Shown here: in pieces, positions 24,779 through 38,014 of the stretch | Layout of the letters: each line of letters starts with the position of its first letter | How positions within the stretch are numbered: position 1 is the first letter of the stretch | Assembly: GCA_963514005.1 (NCBI GenBank) | Contig: OY740794.1 | Span: forward strand, 53,444,001-53,508,000 | From: Raja brachyura | Taxonomy: Eukaryota | Direction of reading: 5' to 3' | DNA length: 64,000 nt | The notes under the pieces: generated by a model | What the model was told of the DNA's origin: nothing | The model's input: only the letters and a program-made list of their open reading frames with translations | The model's database searches: none | Program-made: the position numbers and the translations under genes

Positions 24779-27700
24779 TAAAGTTAATATCTAACTAGAT
24801 ATCAACCAGACAAGTAACAGCGCCACATAACCAGACAACTAACAGCACCACAGACTTGCAAGACATTTAGGAGGGAAACCCAAACCTTATTCCACAAATA
24901 ATTGAGACCTCACTGGAACTTTAATCTACACAAAAAGGCAACAAAAACAAATGAGCAATTATATTTGTAAAACTGGCCATGAAAGTGCCCGGAATATATT
25001 CCCTACATAATGCAAGCAAAATAGATTCAGTGAACATGATGCTCAATAGAATGGAAGAGTGCATGAATTGCTGACCAAGCTCCTGAGATGAAATGCCTTT
25101 ACTTGAATTGTCACTCACATGGCAGTGCATTTTATAATTATCATCTGAAAAAAAACTATTGCAAAATCATCACAAAGATTTCAATTCTTGTTTTCCAACA
25201 AACCAAATATACATCTAAAGTACATAATGTTCAAATACATTTCTGGCACATTATTTTGGACTTGGTGAAAAGAGTACTCAAGCATGACAAGAACATGCAT
25301 TCCTACAGTGGCTTCCACTGTGATGGGACAATTGAACATCAGCCAGCCTCTTTGAGCCACAGGGGAACAGTGAGCATGTTTTATGTCACATTAGGATTTT
25401 TCTAGTTAAATGAAGCACCGAGTGAGACTCTTGAATAGCAAATCATAATATTTTAGCCAGCAGTCGAAACCAAAATATTTATTGTGCCTTCCAAAGTAAT
25501 GGAGGATGAAGGAGGGTTTAATATTTTAGAGGGTTATATTTTAATGCATGTCATATTTTAAAAATTCAAATGTTCCACTATAACCGGCACTGAATATTGA
25601 AGAAAGCATGTGTTCCGAGACTACTCTCCTTCCGAATATAGATCTTTTAAACAGAAGACCATTTGGCCTTCCGTGTCCCTGCTAGTCAAAAGGTAAGAAG
25701 TAAGTTTAAGAGGCTTTTAGACAGACACATGGATATGCTTGGAACAGAGGGATATGGATTGTGTGCAGGCATATGGGATTAGTTTATCTTGGCATCATGT
25801 TCAGCGCAGACATTGTGGGCCGAAGGGTCTGTTCCTATGCTGTACTTCTTTCTATGTTCTATATTCTAAGTCGGAACCTCCAAAGCACTGCAGATCATTA
25901 TTTTTATGCACATATTCATGTACTGTTTATATGTGGTGAGGTTTTCTGTCTCTTCCTTTCCTTCGATCAGGGAGTTTCTGAATTCACTCTACCTGGTGGA
26001 AGGGTTTAACCATCTCCCATAATCCTGCCACTTCAATCAGGTCCAAAACCTATCAGCATTGAGAACTATGTACTTCCTATTTATTTCACTTGTGCTATCT
26101 TTTGTCCCTGAACATTACTACGACCTCAATGCTTGGAATGATAGCCTGGGAGAGAAGAAAATGTTGATTTGCCTATTAAATTAAGTCTGCCTCACTGGGC
26201 AGGCCATTGCAACAGATTTGGAAACACAATATATAAATACGGCTGTGTTACTTGAACTTAATTGAAACCGCCAGGATAGATTCCAGCCAGGCCATTTAAC
26301 CACTTAATACATGATCATGTTCATATTCGTCAATCAATACTTGCAGTGTTTGTTTTACTGTAAATGCATTTACACTGCAAATGTATTGGTTGTGATTATG
26401 TATTGTCTTTCTGCTGATTGGTTAGCAAGCTTTTCACTGTACCTCGGTACACGTGACAATAATCTAAGCTGAAACTGAAAAGAACTGAACTGTGTATCCT
26501 GGGAGCCACCCTTCACAATGTTGTGGTGAAAGAAGGATATTTGGGTGTCTGAGGTTTAATTTTATTCAGAGGTTTTTAGATTATCAATATGAACTACTTT
26601 GTTCCAATGAAGGTGTTTGGATATTCTTGTGGGTTAAGGTATGCTCCCATTGTCAATATAGAATTCTATGGAGTTATTTGTCTGCACCAAAATTGGTGAA
26701 GTAGACTAAACAACGGTAACCATTCAAATTAGAGTTAATCTCCTGATATTATCACTACGCTTAAACAGTATAAAAAACTTTGAGTTCATAAAGATTCTTC
26801 CACCAAATTTCCTTTGTACTGAGTGAAAACTGTTACATCAACAGCTCTGATTTACATTGGCTCATTCAAAGTCACAATTCTACAATAGCGTAAAGAAACA
26901 GGCTCTTCGGCCCAACTCATCCATGCCGACCAAGATGCCCTATCTAAGCTAGTTCCATTTGTCCTCTTTTGGCCCATATCCCTCCAAACATATCCTATCC
27001 ATGTACCTGCCCATATGACTTTTAAATGCTATTATAGTATCTGCCTTAGCTACCTCCTCTGCAGCTTGTTCCTTGTACTTACCATCCTCCGAGGTGAAAA
27101 AATTTGTAATGTGGTGACACAAACTGTATACAATCTTCAAGATGTGCCTGATAAATATTGTAAACAATTTAAGCATAATCCATATATTGTATAGAGTTCT
27201 AGAGTGTGGAAACAGGCCCTGCGGCCCAACCTGCCCACACCAACCAATATGTCCCATCTACACTAGTGCAACCTGCCTGCATTTGGCCCATATCCCCCTA
27301 AACCTGTCCTATACACCTCATACCTCATTTCATCAGAGAAAGCATCCCTATGTCTTTTTAACCAATTTATCTACCTTTCCTGCAAGGTAGATCAATGAAG
27401 ATATATTCTGTTCCCTCTGACGCTCCACATCTGAATATCTTTCTGCATATAGTATATTCCTTTATTATGTTGCAGATGCCCAAATGTATCACCTCACCAT
27501 TCTCTCACCTGAATTCCATGTGCCATTCATCTGCTCAACTGATCAATCCATGCACATACTCCTCAAACTGAATTATTTCCTCGACTGTGAACCAAGTTTT
27601 GGCATCTACAAACTCTCATTTTGCGTTCCCTTATTTAAGTGCAAATCATTAAATATTCCAGAGATAAATTTAGACATACATACCCCAATTATAAATAAGC

Positions 27701-28968
27701 TGAACTAAACACGAGCCACTGCATCTTCAAAAATACTTCCATTTTCGGAAACATGAAATACTAATGCAATTTTATGAAGAGAGGCAGCAGAAACTAAAGC
27801 TACCAAATAGGAAATTACATGGAAACTGGATCTAAAGTGCGTTCAGTTCTTTGCAGGAAACAAAAATGAGGAGAATATTGATGGGCCATTTGTCATTCAT
27901 GATTCTTGCAAATTCTTGACAATGCCAGATTGCAAGATGCCAAAAAGCTCAATTTGTAAATATTTTCTATTAACAAAGTTATTCAGTAGTATTACTTTTT
28001 ATAGTAAGATTTACGAGTCATATTACTAAAATGTAACAAAAATCAAAAAACATAATTTGGGTTACACAATTCAAAACAAAAATAAACATCAACCAGATCC
28101 ACTAAATTTGTGTGCATTGTGCCACCTAGTGCTCAAGATGAGTTTAAACATTTGACATGTAATCTAATCAGATACACAAATCATGAAGACATTTTGAATC
28201 TTTTGTTTATATATAATATCAGTGCCCAAATAGCTCTCAGCATCAATAACCAAATTGTAAATCTCCTCTCATTTGGCATTGTGCGGACTTATGCGTATAT
28301 ATGATAACAGGATAGAAAATGCATTTTTGGATTAAGAGCTTCATACCTCTCAATGACAATTAGAGAGGAGGGGGCATATACCGGGACCAAACCTGTGCGA
28401 GATTTATTCATTGATTGAAGTTAATCCACAAGCGCAGTTCCATTGACTCCTTTTCACCTTTAGCTTTAGTCACCTGTATCCACCTATCACTTGCCAGACA
28501 TTGTCATAATCCCACCTCTCTTATATAGTATTCAGCCCCCTACTCCAAAGAAGGGTCCTGATCCATCCCTCAAATGTTGCTTAACCCACTTAATTCCCCA
28601 TGCTTTATGTTTTTCTCCTTCCTATAGCGTGTTTGCAGTTGGACCAGAAATATTGAAAAATTTGCTTTGGTATTCCACTGTGTAAAATTTAAATATTAAG
28701 TGTGGAATAAGTTATATTTACCATCTCTGATTCCATTCCTTCCTGACAGTCTAAGCTGCATTTGCATGTTCAGTCCAAGTTCAGTCCAAGAGGGGTGGCA
28801 CAGTGGCGCAGCAGTAGGCCTTACAAAGCCATGACCCGGGTTCTATCCTTACCACGGGTGCTGTCTGTACGGAGTTTGGACATTCTCCTCATGACTGCAT
28901 GGCCTTTCACCGAGATCTTTGCTGTCCTCCCACATCCCAAAGATGTTCAGGTTTGTAGGTTATAAAGA

Positions 28969-29417
28969 CAGGGCTACCAACTCTCACACATTGAGTGTGA
29001 GACTCACGCATTTCACAAAATTCTCACGCTCTCACGCCGATCACAACATTTCTCACTCCCCAATATCTGCAGGTGCTGGAAGTTCAAAATAAAGCAAAAA
29101 TCGTTTTAGAGGTGAGTAAAAACCATGAGGGGAATATAAGGTGAATGCATAGTCTTTTTCCCAGGATATGTGTTTTAAGCACTAGAGAGAATTGGTTTAA
29201 AGCAGGGCTGTCAAACTACCGGCACGCCGGATGATTTTGGGGGGAAAAAAAGTAGCTTAGTTTCTCCCATGCAGATGGTGTGATAGGTGAGACACGACGG
29301 TGGTCCCAGCACCAACCCCCCTCCCTCTTCCCCCCTGAGGCACGGCACACACCTCCCACCTCCCACCCTCACCCGCAATTTCTCACTCTCAACTCTCACC
29401 CAATGTTGGCAGCCCTG
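28969..29417. mobile_element. MITE-like element with 13-bp TIR CAGGGCT(A/G)CCAAC
   Basis: TIR pair with one mismatch, CTCAC-rich subterminal repeats; no TSD recognised. Confidence 0.55.
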
Positions 29418-29420
29418 CCG

Positions 29421-30147
29421 GCAGTCTGTTCGTCTTTTCACTCTTTTTGTTATTTTTTAGTTTGTTAAAAGGTTTTGTTTTAATGTTTTTCAGTTTGTTT
29501 TATGTGGGGGGAGGGGGTAGGGTATCGGGGGAAACTTTTTTTCAGGTTCTTACCTTCCCGGAGATGAAATCAATTTTCAGATCACACTCTCCGGGCTCTG
29601 CAGCCTACCATCGATGGAGCTGGAAGCCTCCTCGGACTGTAGTGAGCCCCACCGTGGGGCGTGGACTTAACATTGGAGCTGATCCCTTGCCTGGGATCGC
29701 TCCCACCGCGACCACTGCAGAATCAACGTCAAGGGCTCACAGTCTCAGGTGAGGCCGAGTCGGGAGCTCCAACGTCACGGAAGTTTCACCAGCCCTAACG
29801 CGAGGTTCGATCGTCCAGCGCGGCGGAGCTGGCATCCCCCGATTCAGGAGCAGATCGCCACGACGCGGGGGGGCCAGAACGCCGCTGGCTACGGGAGTTA
29901 AGATCATCCCGTCAACGGGGGCTTGAGGCCCATGACCGAGGAAGAACTAAAGGAAGGACTTGGACTTTATTTCGCCTTCCATCACAGTGAGGAATGTGTA
30001 GGAGTCACTGTGGTGGATGTTCATGTTAAAATGTGTTTTTGAAATGATCTGTTACTTTTAATTGTATGACTGACCTGGCCAATGAAATTCCTCATATGTT
30101 GCAAAACATACTTGGCGAATAAAGTGTGATTCTGATTCTGATTCTGA
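29421..30147 (+). mobile_element. Composite GC-rich retroposon, copy 2, (TTCTGA)n tail
   Basis: GCAGTCTGTTCGTC head remnant, T-tract/G-run, CCATCACAGTGA..TCACTGTGGTGG hairpin, AATAAAG. Confidence 0.7.
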
Positions 30148-30680
30148 TAAGGTCATATGTGATAGGAGCAGAATTAGGCCATTCAGCCCATCAATTTTAC
30201 TCCGCCATTCAATCATGGTTCATTTGTTCCTAATCCCATTCTCCTGCCTTCTCCCCATAAACTCTGACACCTGTACTAATCAAGAATCTATATCTCTGCC
30301 TTAAAAATATCCATTGACTTGGCCTCCGACTTGGCCTCCACAGCATTCTGTGGCAAAGAATTCCACATATTCGCCACCTCTGACTAAAGAAATTCCACCT
30401 CATCCTAATGGAACCTTCTTTAATTCTGAGGCTATGACCACTAGTCCTGGACTCTCCCACTAGTGGAAACATCCTCTCCACGTCCACTCTATCCAAGTCT
30501 TTCATTATTCTGTATGTTCCAATGAGGCCCCCCCTCATGAATCTAAACTCCAGCAAGTGCAGGCCCAGTGGCTTCAAACATTCATCATACTGTATGTTAA
30601 CCCACTCAATCCTGGGATCATTCATGTAAACCTCCTCTGGACCCTCTTCAGAACCAGCACATCCTTCGTCAGATATGGTG
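30148..30680 (-). mobile_element. CR1 3' fragment
   Basis: ERMFPLVGESRTSGHSLRIK; shared 3' UTR. Confidence 0.88.
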
Positions 30681-32327
30681 CACAGGTTAGTTGGCTTGGT
30701 ATAAATGTAAATTGTCCTCTGTGCGTGCAGGATAGTGTTAATATGTGGGGATCGCTAGTCAGCGCATACCCGGTGGGCCGAAGGGGCTGTTTTCCAGCTG
30801 TATCTCTAAACTAAACTAAACTAAATCCAACTCACTACTAATTTCATTTCCAGTCTTATGTTCACATCCAAAGAATTTCTCCAGCCACCTCACTGATATC
30901 AGTTCCTCAAAGACATTTATTTCAAAGTTCCCCAGCTCAGTCTCTCACACTTTATATGCATTTCACCTATGTATATTCAAATTCTCAGGAAGGGAATTTA
31001 TCCTTTGCCCTAAAGATATTTAAATTCAGAGGGGCAGATATGCACTAACATACTTAATTAGGAATGATCTTCAAGATAAGCGGATGTAATTCTGATTCCA
31101 TTTTGCATTGTTAGAGAGCTCAAAAGACATGCGGGAGTTATTGTCACTTACTAAACTTCTTCAGGGTAGAGGTGAATTCCGAATTCTGGCCATCCTGTCC
31201 AGTCTGACGAGTGACGTTTTTGTCTCGACCCAAAACGTCACTCGTCCCTTCTCTCCAGAGATGCTGCGTGACCCGTTGAGTTACTCCAGCTTTTTGTGTC
31301 CATCTTCTGCCTAATTTAGTTTAGTTTAGTGATACAGTGTGGAAACAGGCTGCATTGCCCACCGAGCCCACACTGACCAGCGATCCGTGCACATTAACAC
31401 TACCCTACACACACTCGGGACAATTTTACATTTATACCAAGCCAACTAACCTACAAACATGTATGTCTTTGGAGTGTGGGAGGAAATCAAAGATCTCGGA
31501 GAAAACCCACAGGGGGTATGTACAAGCTTGGTATAGCCAAGCACCCGTAATCAGGATCGAACCTGGGTCTCTGGCGTTGTCAGGCAGTAGCTCCACCACT
31601 GCCCCACCATGAAGCCCCACTCGCACCCTTTCAGACTCACCTACGCAGAACTGTCAGTTTTGCAGACCTCCCATATGGCAAGTCCATTAAAGCAATTGGA
31701 TTTCTACATTATTAAATGGAGTTTGGCAGCACAGTGGAATTTGGCATCCAATTAAATGTGTGAAGGGTGAATATAATATGGAGATCACATTCCAAAGGCT
31801 GAGGTCATTGTGTCGTATATAGTAGTTCTATTATCTTCTGGATTGACTTCCTTGGGATCCAGGTGAGTATCCTCACATAAATTGCATTCCATAGTTTGAA
31901 CACTTCCAACCTTTATATTTATATTATATAACCCGGTTATATTTTGGTCTACAAAATGTGTCTCTATACGTGCCAAATTAAAAGGATTCTGTTTCAGTCA
32001 ACTAAACCTGGTGACTCAGCTGACTGAATCATTACCAGTTAAGCAGTAGCCTGATTTAAAAAATCAAATGGGTTATAAAGGTGGGGGTGATTTGCAGTAG
32101 GCTGTGAGAACAAAGCTCAGAGCTTGCTCTCTCCAGATAGTAGATAACAAATGAGCAATATACAAGTGCGCTCAAGATCATTTGTTACATTCATCCAGAA
32201 GGGAAAACTAAATCAGGAAACACTTGAGGATAGCCATCAGATGTTAGCATCCACAGCCTTGGAATCTGCCAACAAGTCTGAAGTAATGAAAGGTCAACTT
32301 AAAGTCATCTATACTCGGAAGGAGAAA

Positions 32328-32381
32328 GGGGTGGGAGATTGCAACCTTCACGTGGTCCACCCTGTTTCAACGAATGCAATC
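32328..32381 (+). ncRNA. Minimal HDV/CPEB3-like self-cleaving ribozyme fold
   Basis: P1 GGGGUGG/CCACCCU (G1.U), P2 GAUUGCA/UGCAAUC, P3 ACC/GGU, L3 UUCACGU, GU then vestigial P4, J4/2 CGAA, in nested double-pseudoknot order. Confidence 0.85.
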
Positions 32382-32465
32382 AACCTGGCGTGCACAAACA
32401 GAAGATCAAACAGAATAAGTTGTCTCACAACTTTAGACTACGCATGCCATACGCAAGAAGAAGAA
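32328..32465 (+). mobile_element. ~140-bp non-autonomous retroposon with HDV-like ribozyme head and (GAA)n tail, copy 1
   Basis: TSD GGAAGGAGAAA(G) at 32317-32328 and 32466-32477; homologous along its length to 55815-55953. Confidence 0.88.
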
Positions 32466-34709
32466 GGAAGGAGAAAGAATACTTATGATAGTCGTACTGA
32501 GGAAAGCATCAGCAGAGACAAGGAAGAAAACAAAACTGAAATTCAAGCAGTATCCACAAGCAACATACCGAATATTCACGAAGGTAAATTTTGAAAGTAT
32601 AAATCTTGATTTGTGATGAATTTACTGAGTAATTTTCCAAGCTACACCCAATATAAATGCTAATAACTCTCAAAATCCAATTTCAAAGACTGATCTAATT
32701 TGCACCCTGCAGACATCCGTTTCAAGAAAACAAGGATAGCTGGTTCAGAGCAAGATATCAGATCTCAAGCGCCACTAAATAAGATTGCTCCAAGAATATA
32801 TTGACCTGTTTTTTTATTGAAGTCATCCAGTTCATGGAATCATTGCTCTGGAGAAAAGTAAAAAATATATATTAGAAAGGATCTCCAAAATAAACTTTCA
32901 TATGATAGAACTCAATATATTCTGAGACTATTTATCCCTAGAAAAATAAGTAGTGTTTGCAAAGTCTCGCCAGGTAATGAACAGTGAAAATGTGAGTACT
33001 GAACCACACAGATGGACCCAGGTTACATTTCTGTTAGCCATTGTTTGCCAGAAAAGTTACTGGGGGGTATAATTAGGCATCCACTGGTTGAATACTAAGC
33101 AAAATGAAAAAGTATTCAGAGTGCTCTCTGATTCCCATCTTGTTAATGTTACTTAATTTTTTTAACACTTTATAGAGTGCCCAATAAATATCATGTCAAG
33201 CCTATGGGATTAAAGTAGAAACTGGAGTATTAAACTTCAAGAAATTGTTCAAAAGGTATTGAATTTAAATAGACTACCCTGAGGAAATGCTGATTAATGC
33301 AAATACAATTATTTTACTGAGCAAGAGAAGTGTTCAGTGGTAATTTTGTTTTTAATGTGCCACGAAAAACTCAAATTGCTCCTCATTCACAAGGCCTAAA
33401 ATTTCCAGTGGATTTCTCCTTTTTAGTCACAAAAGTTGTAACAAAGGTAATCACTGTAGGATCACTGGATTCTCAATGATTTTCCGCGTCCAATAATAGC
33501 ACAACGGTTAAATGGCATCTGAGCAAAGCGTTAAAATGTCTGCAGATCTTAACTAAAAACAGGACATGTCATAACTAACAAAACAAAAAACTATGGAATT
33601 ACAACCATAAGACTAAAGACTGAACATAACTAACAGACAAAACACACTGGACATTCAACTAACAACTCTCACACGCAACACATTGCTGAGAAACAGGTTT
33701 CCTTATCTACATAGGGTGATTAGGATGTATCGAGCAATCTCGCACCAGTGGGAATCAGGGCTATCAATTGGAACCTTGAGCTCACAAGTTGCAGTTTGTC
33801 TCTGTGTCCAAAAATTAATGTTTTACTTTAAAATACACTAATCCCATCAATTCTAAAGTAGCCCCGACAATCACATCGAAATGCTGATTCTCGCAATTGA
33901 TCAAATGCAGCTGCGCTTCATCTAACGGAATCAAGGAATATGGGGAGAAAGCAGAAACGGGGTACTGATTTTGGATGATCAGCCATGATCACAGTGAATG
34001 GCGGTGCTGGCTTGATGGGCTGAATGGCCTACTCCTGCACCTGTTTTCTATGTTTCTATGTTTCTATGCATGGTAGGGAATCAATTTCTGTAACGTCAGG
34101 ACAGCCTTGCTGTTAAAAAACACATGTAGGTATCGAGGCTAGCTTCCAATCTTAGAGCAATGAATATAAGAAAAAAAATGACTACTTTCCGGCATTCTCC
34201 GCAGATCCCTTGGTTGCTCTAATATACAAATCTATTAACCTCTGTCCTAAGGTCCTAAGGTCATATGGAGTAGGAGTAGGAGTGGAATTAGACCATTCGG
34301 CCCATCAACTCTACTCCGCCATTCAATCATGGCTGATCTATCTTTCCCTCTAAACCCATTCTCCTGCCATTTCCCTATCACCTTTATTAATCAAGATGCA
34401 TGTAACTTATTTTAAGGGGAGGCACAGTGCAAAGTTAGTAAAGCCACTACAATGGACATACATGGCTGAAATCTTTCTTCCTCCGAACCCCTTTCTCCTG
34501 CCTTCTCCCCATAACTTCTGACACCCATGCTAATCAAGAATTAATCTATCTCTGCCGTAAAAATATCCACTGACTTGGCCTCCACAGCCTTCTGTGGCAA
34601 AGAATTCCACAGATTCACCACCCTCTGAATAAAGACACCATCTATCTTGAATAAACATAGAACAGTGCAGCATAGCAACAGGCCATTTGGCCCACACTGT
34701 CCGTGTCAA

Positions 34710-35050
34710 ACACTGGTGCCGATGGCCATGGGGAGTGGGCCGGTCGGAGAAGTACCAGGGTATTGCCTCAAGGTCGGCTGCAGAGGTGCCCCCCGATACA
34801 CAAAGGTGGTCAGGGGAGGAGAGGGACATCGGTTTGCGGGCCAAGCCGGTCATGGGCGACGGAGAAGGCCCTGCAGTGGCCTGGGGCCTACCTGGATTTG
34901 GAGCCACTCCAGTACATCGAGCGCGTCGACTAGACGTTGAGCTTTTTTGTAAATGCTGCCAAATTATGGTGACTCGTGCAAATGTGATCTATGCCAAATG
35001 AATTCCACTGTACAGTGCACATGTGACAATAAAGCGTCATTGAAACATTA
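34710..35050 (+). mobile_element. Second copy of the 7335-7655 family
   Basis: Collinear similarity to 7335-7655 including GTGACAATAAA end. Confidence 0.7.
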
Positions 35051-35659
35051 AAGTCAGCTGATAATCAAAGCAGTGGCTGTTCTACCAGGACAGCATCATC
35101 CAATTTTCACTTTTTTCGCTTCCAGTTCTCAGGCTGTGTTCCCAGCACAAACACAGCTGGTAGGATAAAAGTAAGTGGAGATATTCATTTTATCTTCGAT
35201 GCTTTTAATAGGCATTTAAGTGTGCTTTCAGTATGTTCTATGTAAAAAAATAATGTTTCTTGAATGTTATGAGTAAAAGCTTTAACAGATGGTGAGTCTG
35301 GAGTGTGGCTCTCACTGGCTGTCAAATCCATTCTGCGTACAGTGTGTTGAGAGAGCCCTTGCACAGTACCTCTTGTGGAAGCCTGCACCCGGGGCCATGC
35401 TGGAATGAACAACATTGACTAGGACCAGGCTGCCAGTAATTTGAGATCAATGAGAGATATACACCATCGTTCTGCTGGAGCTTCCAGCACTGGGGCTCAG
35501 CAGTTAGTGCAGTTATTACAAAGCTCTGTTGGCCTGGGTTTGATTCTGACCTTGAGTACTGTCTGGCAGCAAACACTGCCTGTGACTGTGTGGGTTTCCC
35601 CCAGCTGCTTTGATTTCCTCTCGCATCCCAAACACAGGCTGGTTTGGAGGTTGTGCAGG

Positions 35660-36655
35660 GAGGAACTGCAGATCCTGCTTTAAACCGAAGGCATCGAAGT
35701 AACAAAAAGCTGACGTAACTCAGTGGGTCAGGCATCATCACTGCAGAAATGGAATAGGTGACGTTTTGGGTCGAGACCCTTCTTCAGGCTGAGGGTCAGG
35801 GAAAAAGGGAACGAGATATCGAACTGTTACTCAGGCAAAAATAATGCACAAAGCACCGATAATCAAGGAAAGGTGGAACACACAATGGTTCATTGTTGGC
35901 TGTGGAATAGGTGGTAACGAGTTACACTGTTGAACTCAACAGGATGACAGAGAAACTAGTATGACAACTAGGGCGGGGGAGAGACGGAGAGAGAATTGGG
36001 GATGGAAGAGCTACTTGAAATGTGAGAAAACAATATTCATACCGAAGATAAACACAAAATGCTGGAGTAACTCAGCGGGAAATGCAGCATCTCTGGAGAG
36101 AAGGAATGGGTGACGTTTCGGGTCGAGACCCTCCTGAAAGTCATGAGAAAGGGAAACGAGAGATATTGATGATGACGTAGAGAAATAGAGAAGAAATGAA
36201 TGAAAGATATGCAAAAAGGTAACAATGATAAAGGAAACAGGTCATTTTTAACTGTAGCTAGATGAGAACGAAAAGCTGGTGTAATTTGGGTGGGGGAGGG
36301 ATGGAGAGAGAAGGAATGCATGGGGTTACTTGCATTAGATAAATCAATGTTGTACTCCTGGGTTGTAAGCTGCCCAAGCTAAATATGAGATGCTGTTCCT
36401 GACAATGGAGGAGGCCCTGTGGGAATGTGAACGGGAATTAAAATGTTTAGCAACCGGGTGATCAGGTAGGTTCTGGCGGACTGAACGAAGGTGTTCAGCG
36501 AAACGATCTCCCAGTCTAAGTTTGGTCTCGCCGATGTATAAGACTCTACATCTTGAACAAAGGATACAGTAGATGAGGTTGGAGGAGGTACGTGTACCAC
36601 TATTCATACCAATATTCATACCGCTGGGTTGTAAGCTGCCCAGTGAAATATGAAT
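35660..36655 (-). mobile_element. Penelope-like element fragments: GIY-YIG endonuclease C-terminus plus tandem terminal-repeat units
   Basis: SSNLIYCILCSRCRVLYIGETKLRLGDRFAEHLRSV..PVAKHFN (36344-36619) followed by two terminal units with hammerhead-like cores. Confidence 0.88.
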
Positions 36656-38014
36656 GAATCGGCTGCTGTAAATTACAGCTTTTGTTAGTGGGTGGCAGAG
36701 GAATCAGAGAGTGAGTTGATGGGCAAACTGAGAATGGATCACATGGAAAACAAGTGGGGGAAATGGGATTGGTGAGAATGCTCCAGGGGCATTCTTGCAG
36801 AGACTAGATGGGTCCGAATGCTTACCTTCGCTGCTGTAAGAAAATTATGAAAATAGGAGAAATATAAAAATAGCTGATGTGTAATTTGACGAAAACAGGC
36901 CTTACGGCCCGACGAGTCCGCACTGACTATATACTTGCACTACCCTACACACCAGGGACAATTTACAATTTTTACCGAAGCCCAATAACCTACAAACCTG
37001 TATGTCTTTGAAGTGTGGGAGGAAACCGGAGCACCGGGTGAAAATCCATGGAGGTCACGGGGAGAACGTCCAAACTCCGTACAGACAGCGCTCGTAGTCA
37101 GGATCGAACCCGGGTCTCTGGCGCTGTTAGGCAGCAACTCTACCACTTGGTAGATGAAACGCTATAACGTTGTTCAATTGGGTTACATTTACCGAGTGTT
37201 TTAAAGCTAAAACATCCAGACGATGCTTGATTATTTTTTCTGCACACACACTTGTGCTCTGTGAATAAGCTGATTTAGAGAAATGAAGGAGGGGAACTCA
37301 ATCAGAATGGTAGCAGTCTTGCGTTCGGATGCCTGTTTGATATGAAAGGCAAACCTTCCTTTCGTAAAGTGGTGCCTTGCCAGTTTCAATGCCGGCAAAT
37401 CATCTGTTGAATGGGACATTCTCAGCCTGTAAAGTGGAAGTTTTCAAAGCCAAGTAGTACCCGAGACCTGAAGAGATTTCCACTCTGTTCAAAACTGTCA
37501 CAGTATAAAATATGCTTCTATGTCCTGGCTTCTCGGGCACACAATGCAAACAGTTAAGTAAAGCACATCCCATTGGCGTGGACTATAATGTCCTTGCCTT
37601 CCAAACACTCACAGCCAATACATCATCTACTGAGAATTCATTCGGACACAACAACCTACCACACCTACAGCAAATCCTTAACTCTGTACCAATACCATCT
37701 GAAAAATCTGAGAAATTACCAATGTGGATTTGTGGTAATTATTCTTAGCGTTTTGAAATTAAATCACAGGTTTTTATTTCAACAGTAATTTCAGCAAAGC
37801 TGTACAATTTAAGATGACATCTGATGGTCACATTTCACAACAAAATACATTAACTGCAAATTTCAGCTGCTTTGGCACTGTTGTTTCAACATTATACTCA
37901 CTTATTTGCTTCAAACTGTCTGTGCAATATATGCACACACTTTCATAGTGCATCCAATGTAGTCTGGTATATTGGTAGGGGCTACAGAATGCTCAATGTG
38001 CATTCATACCAGAA

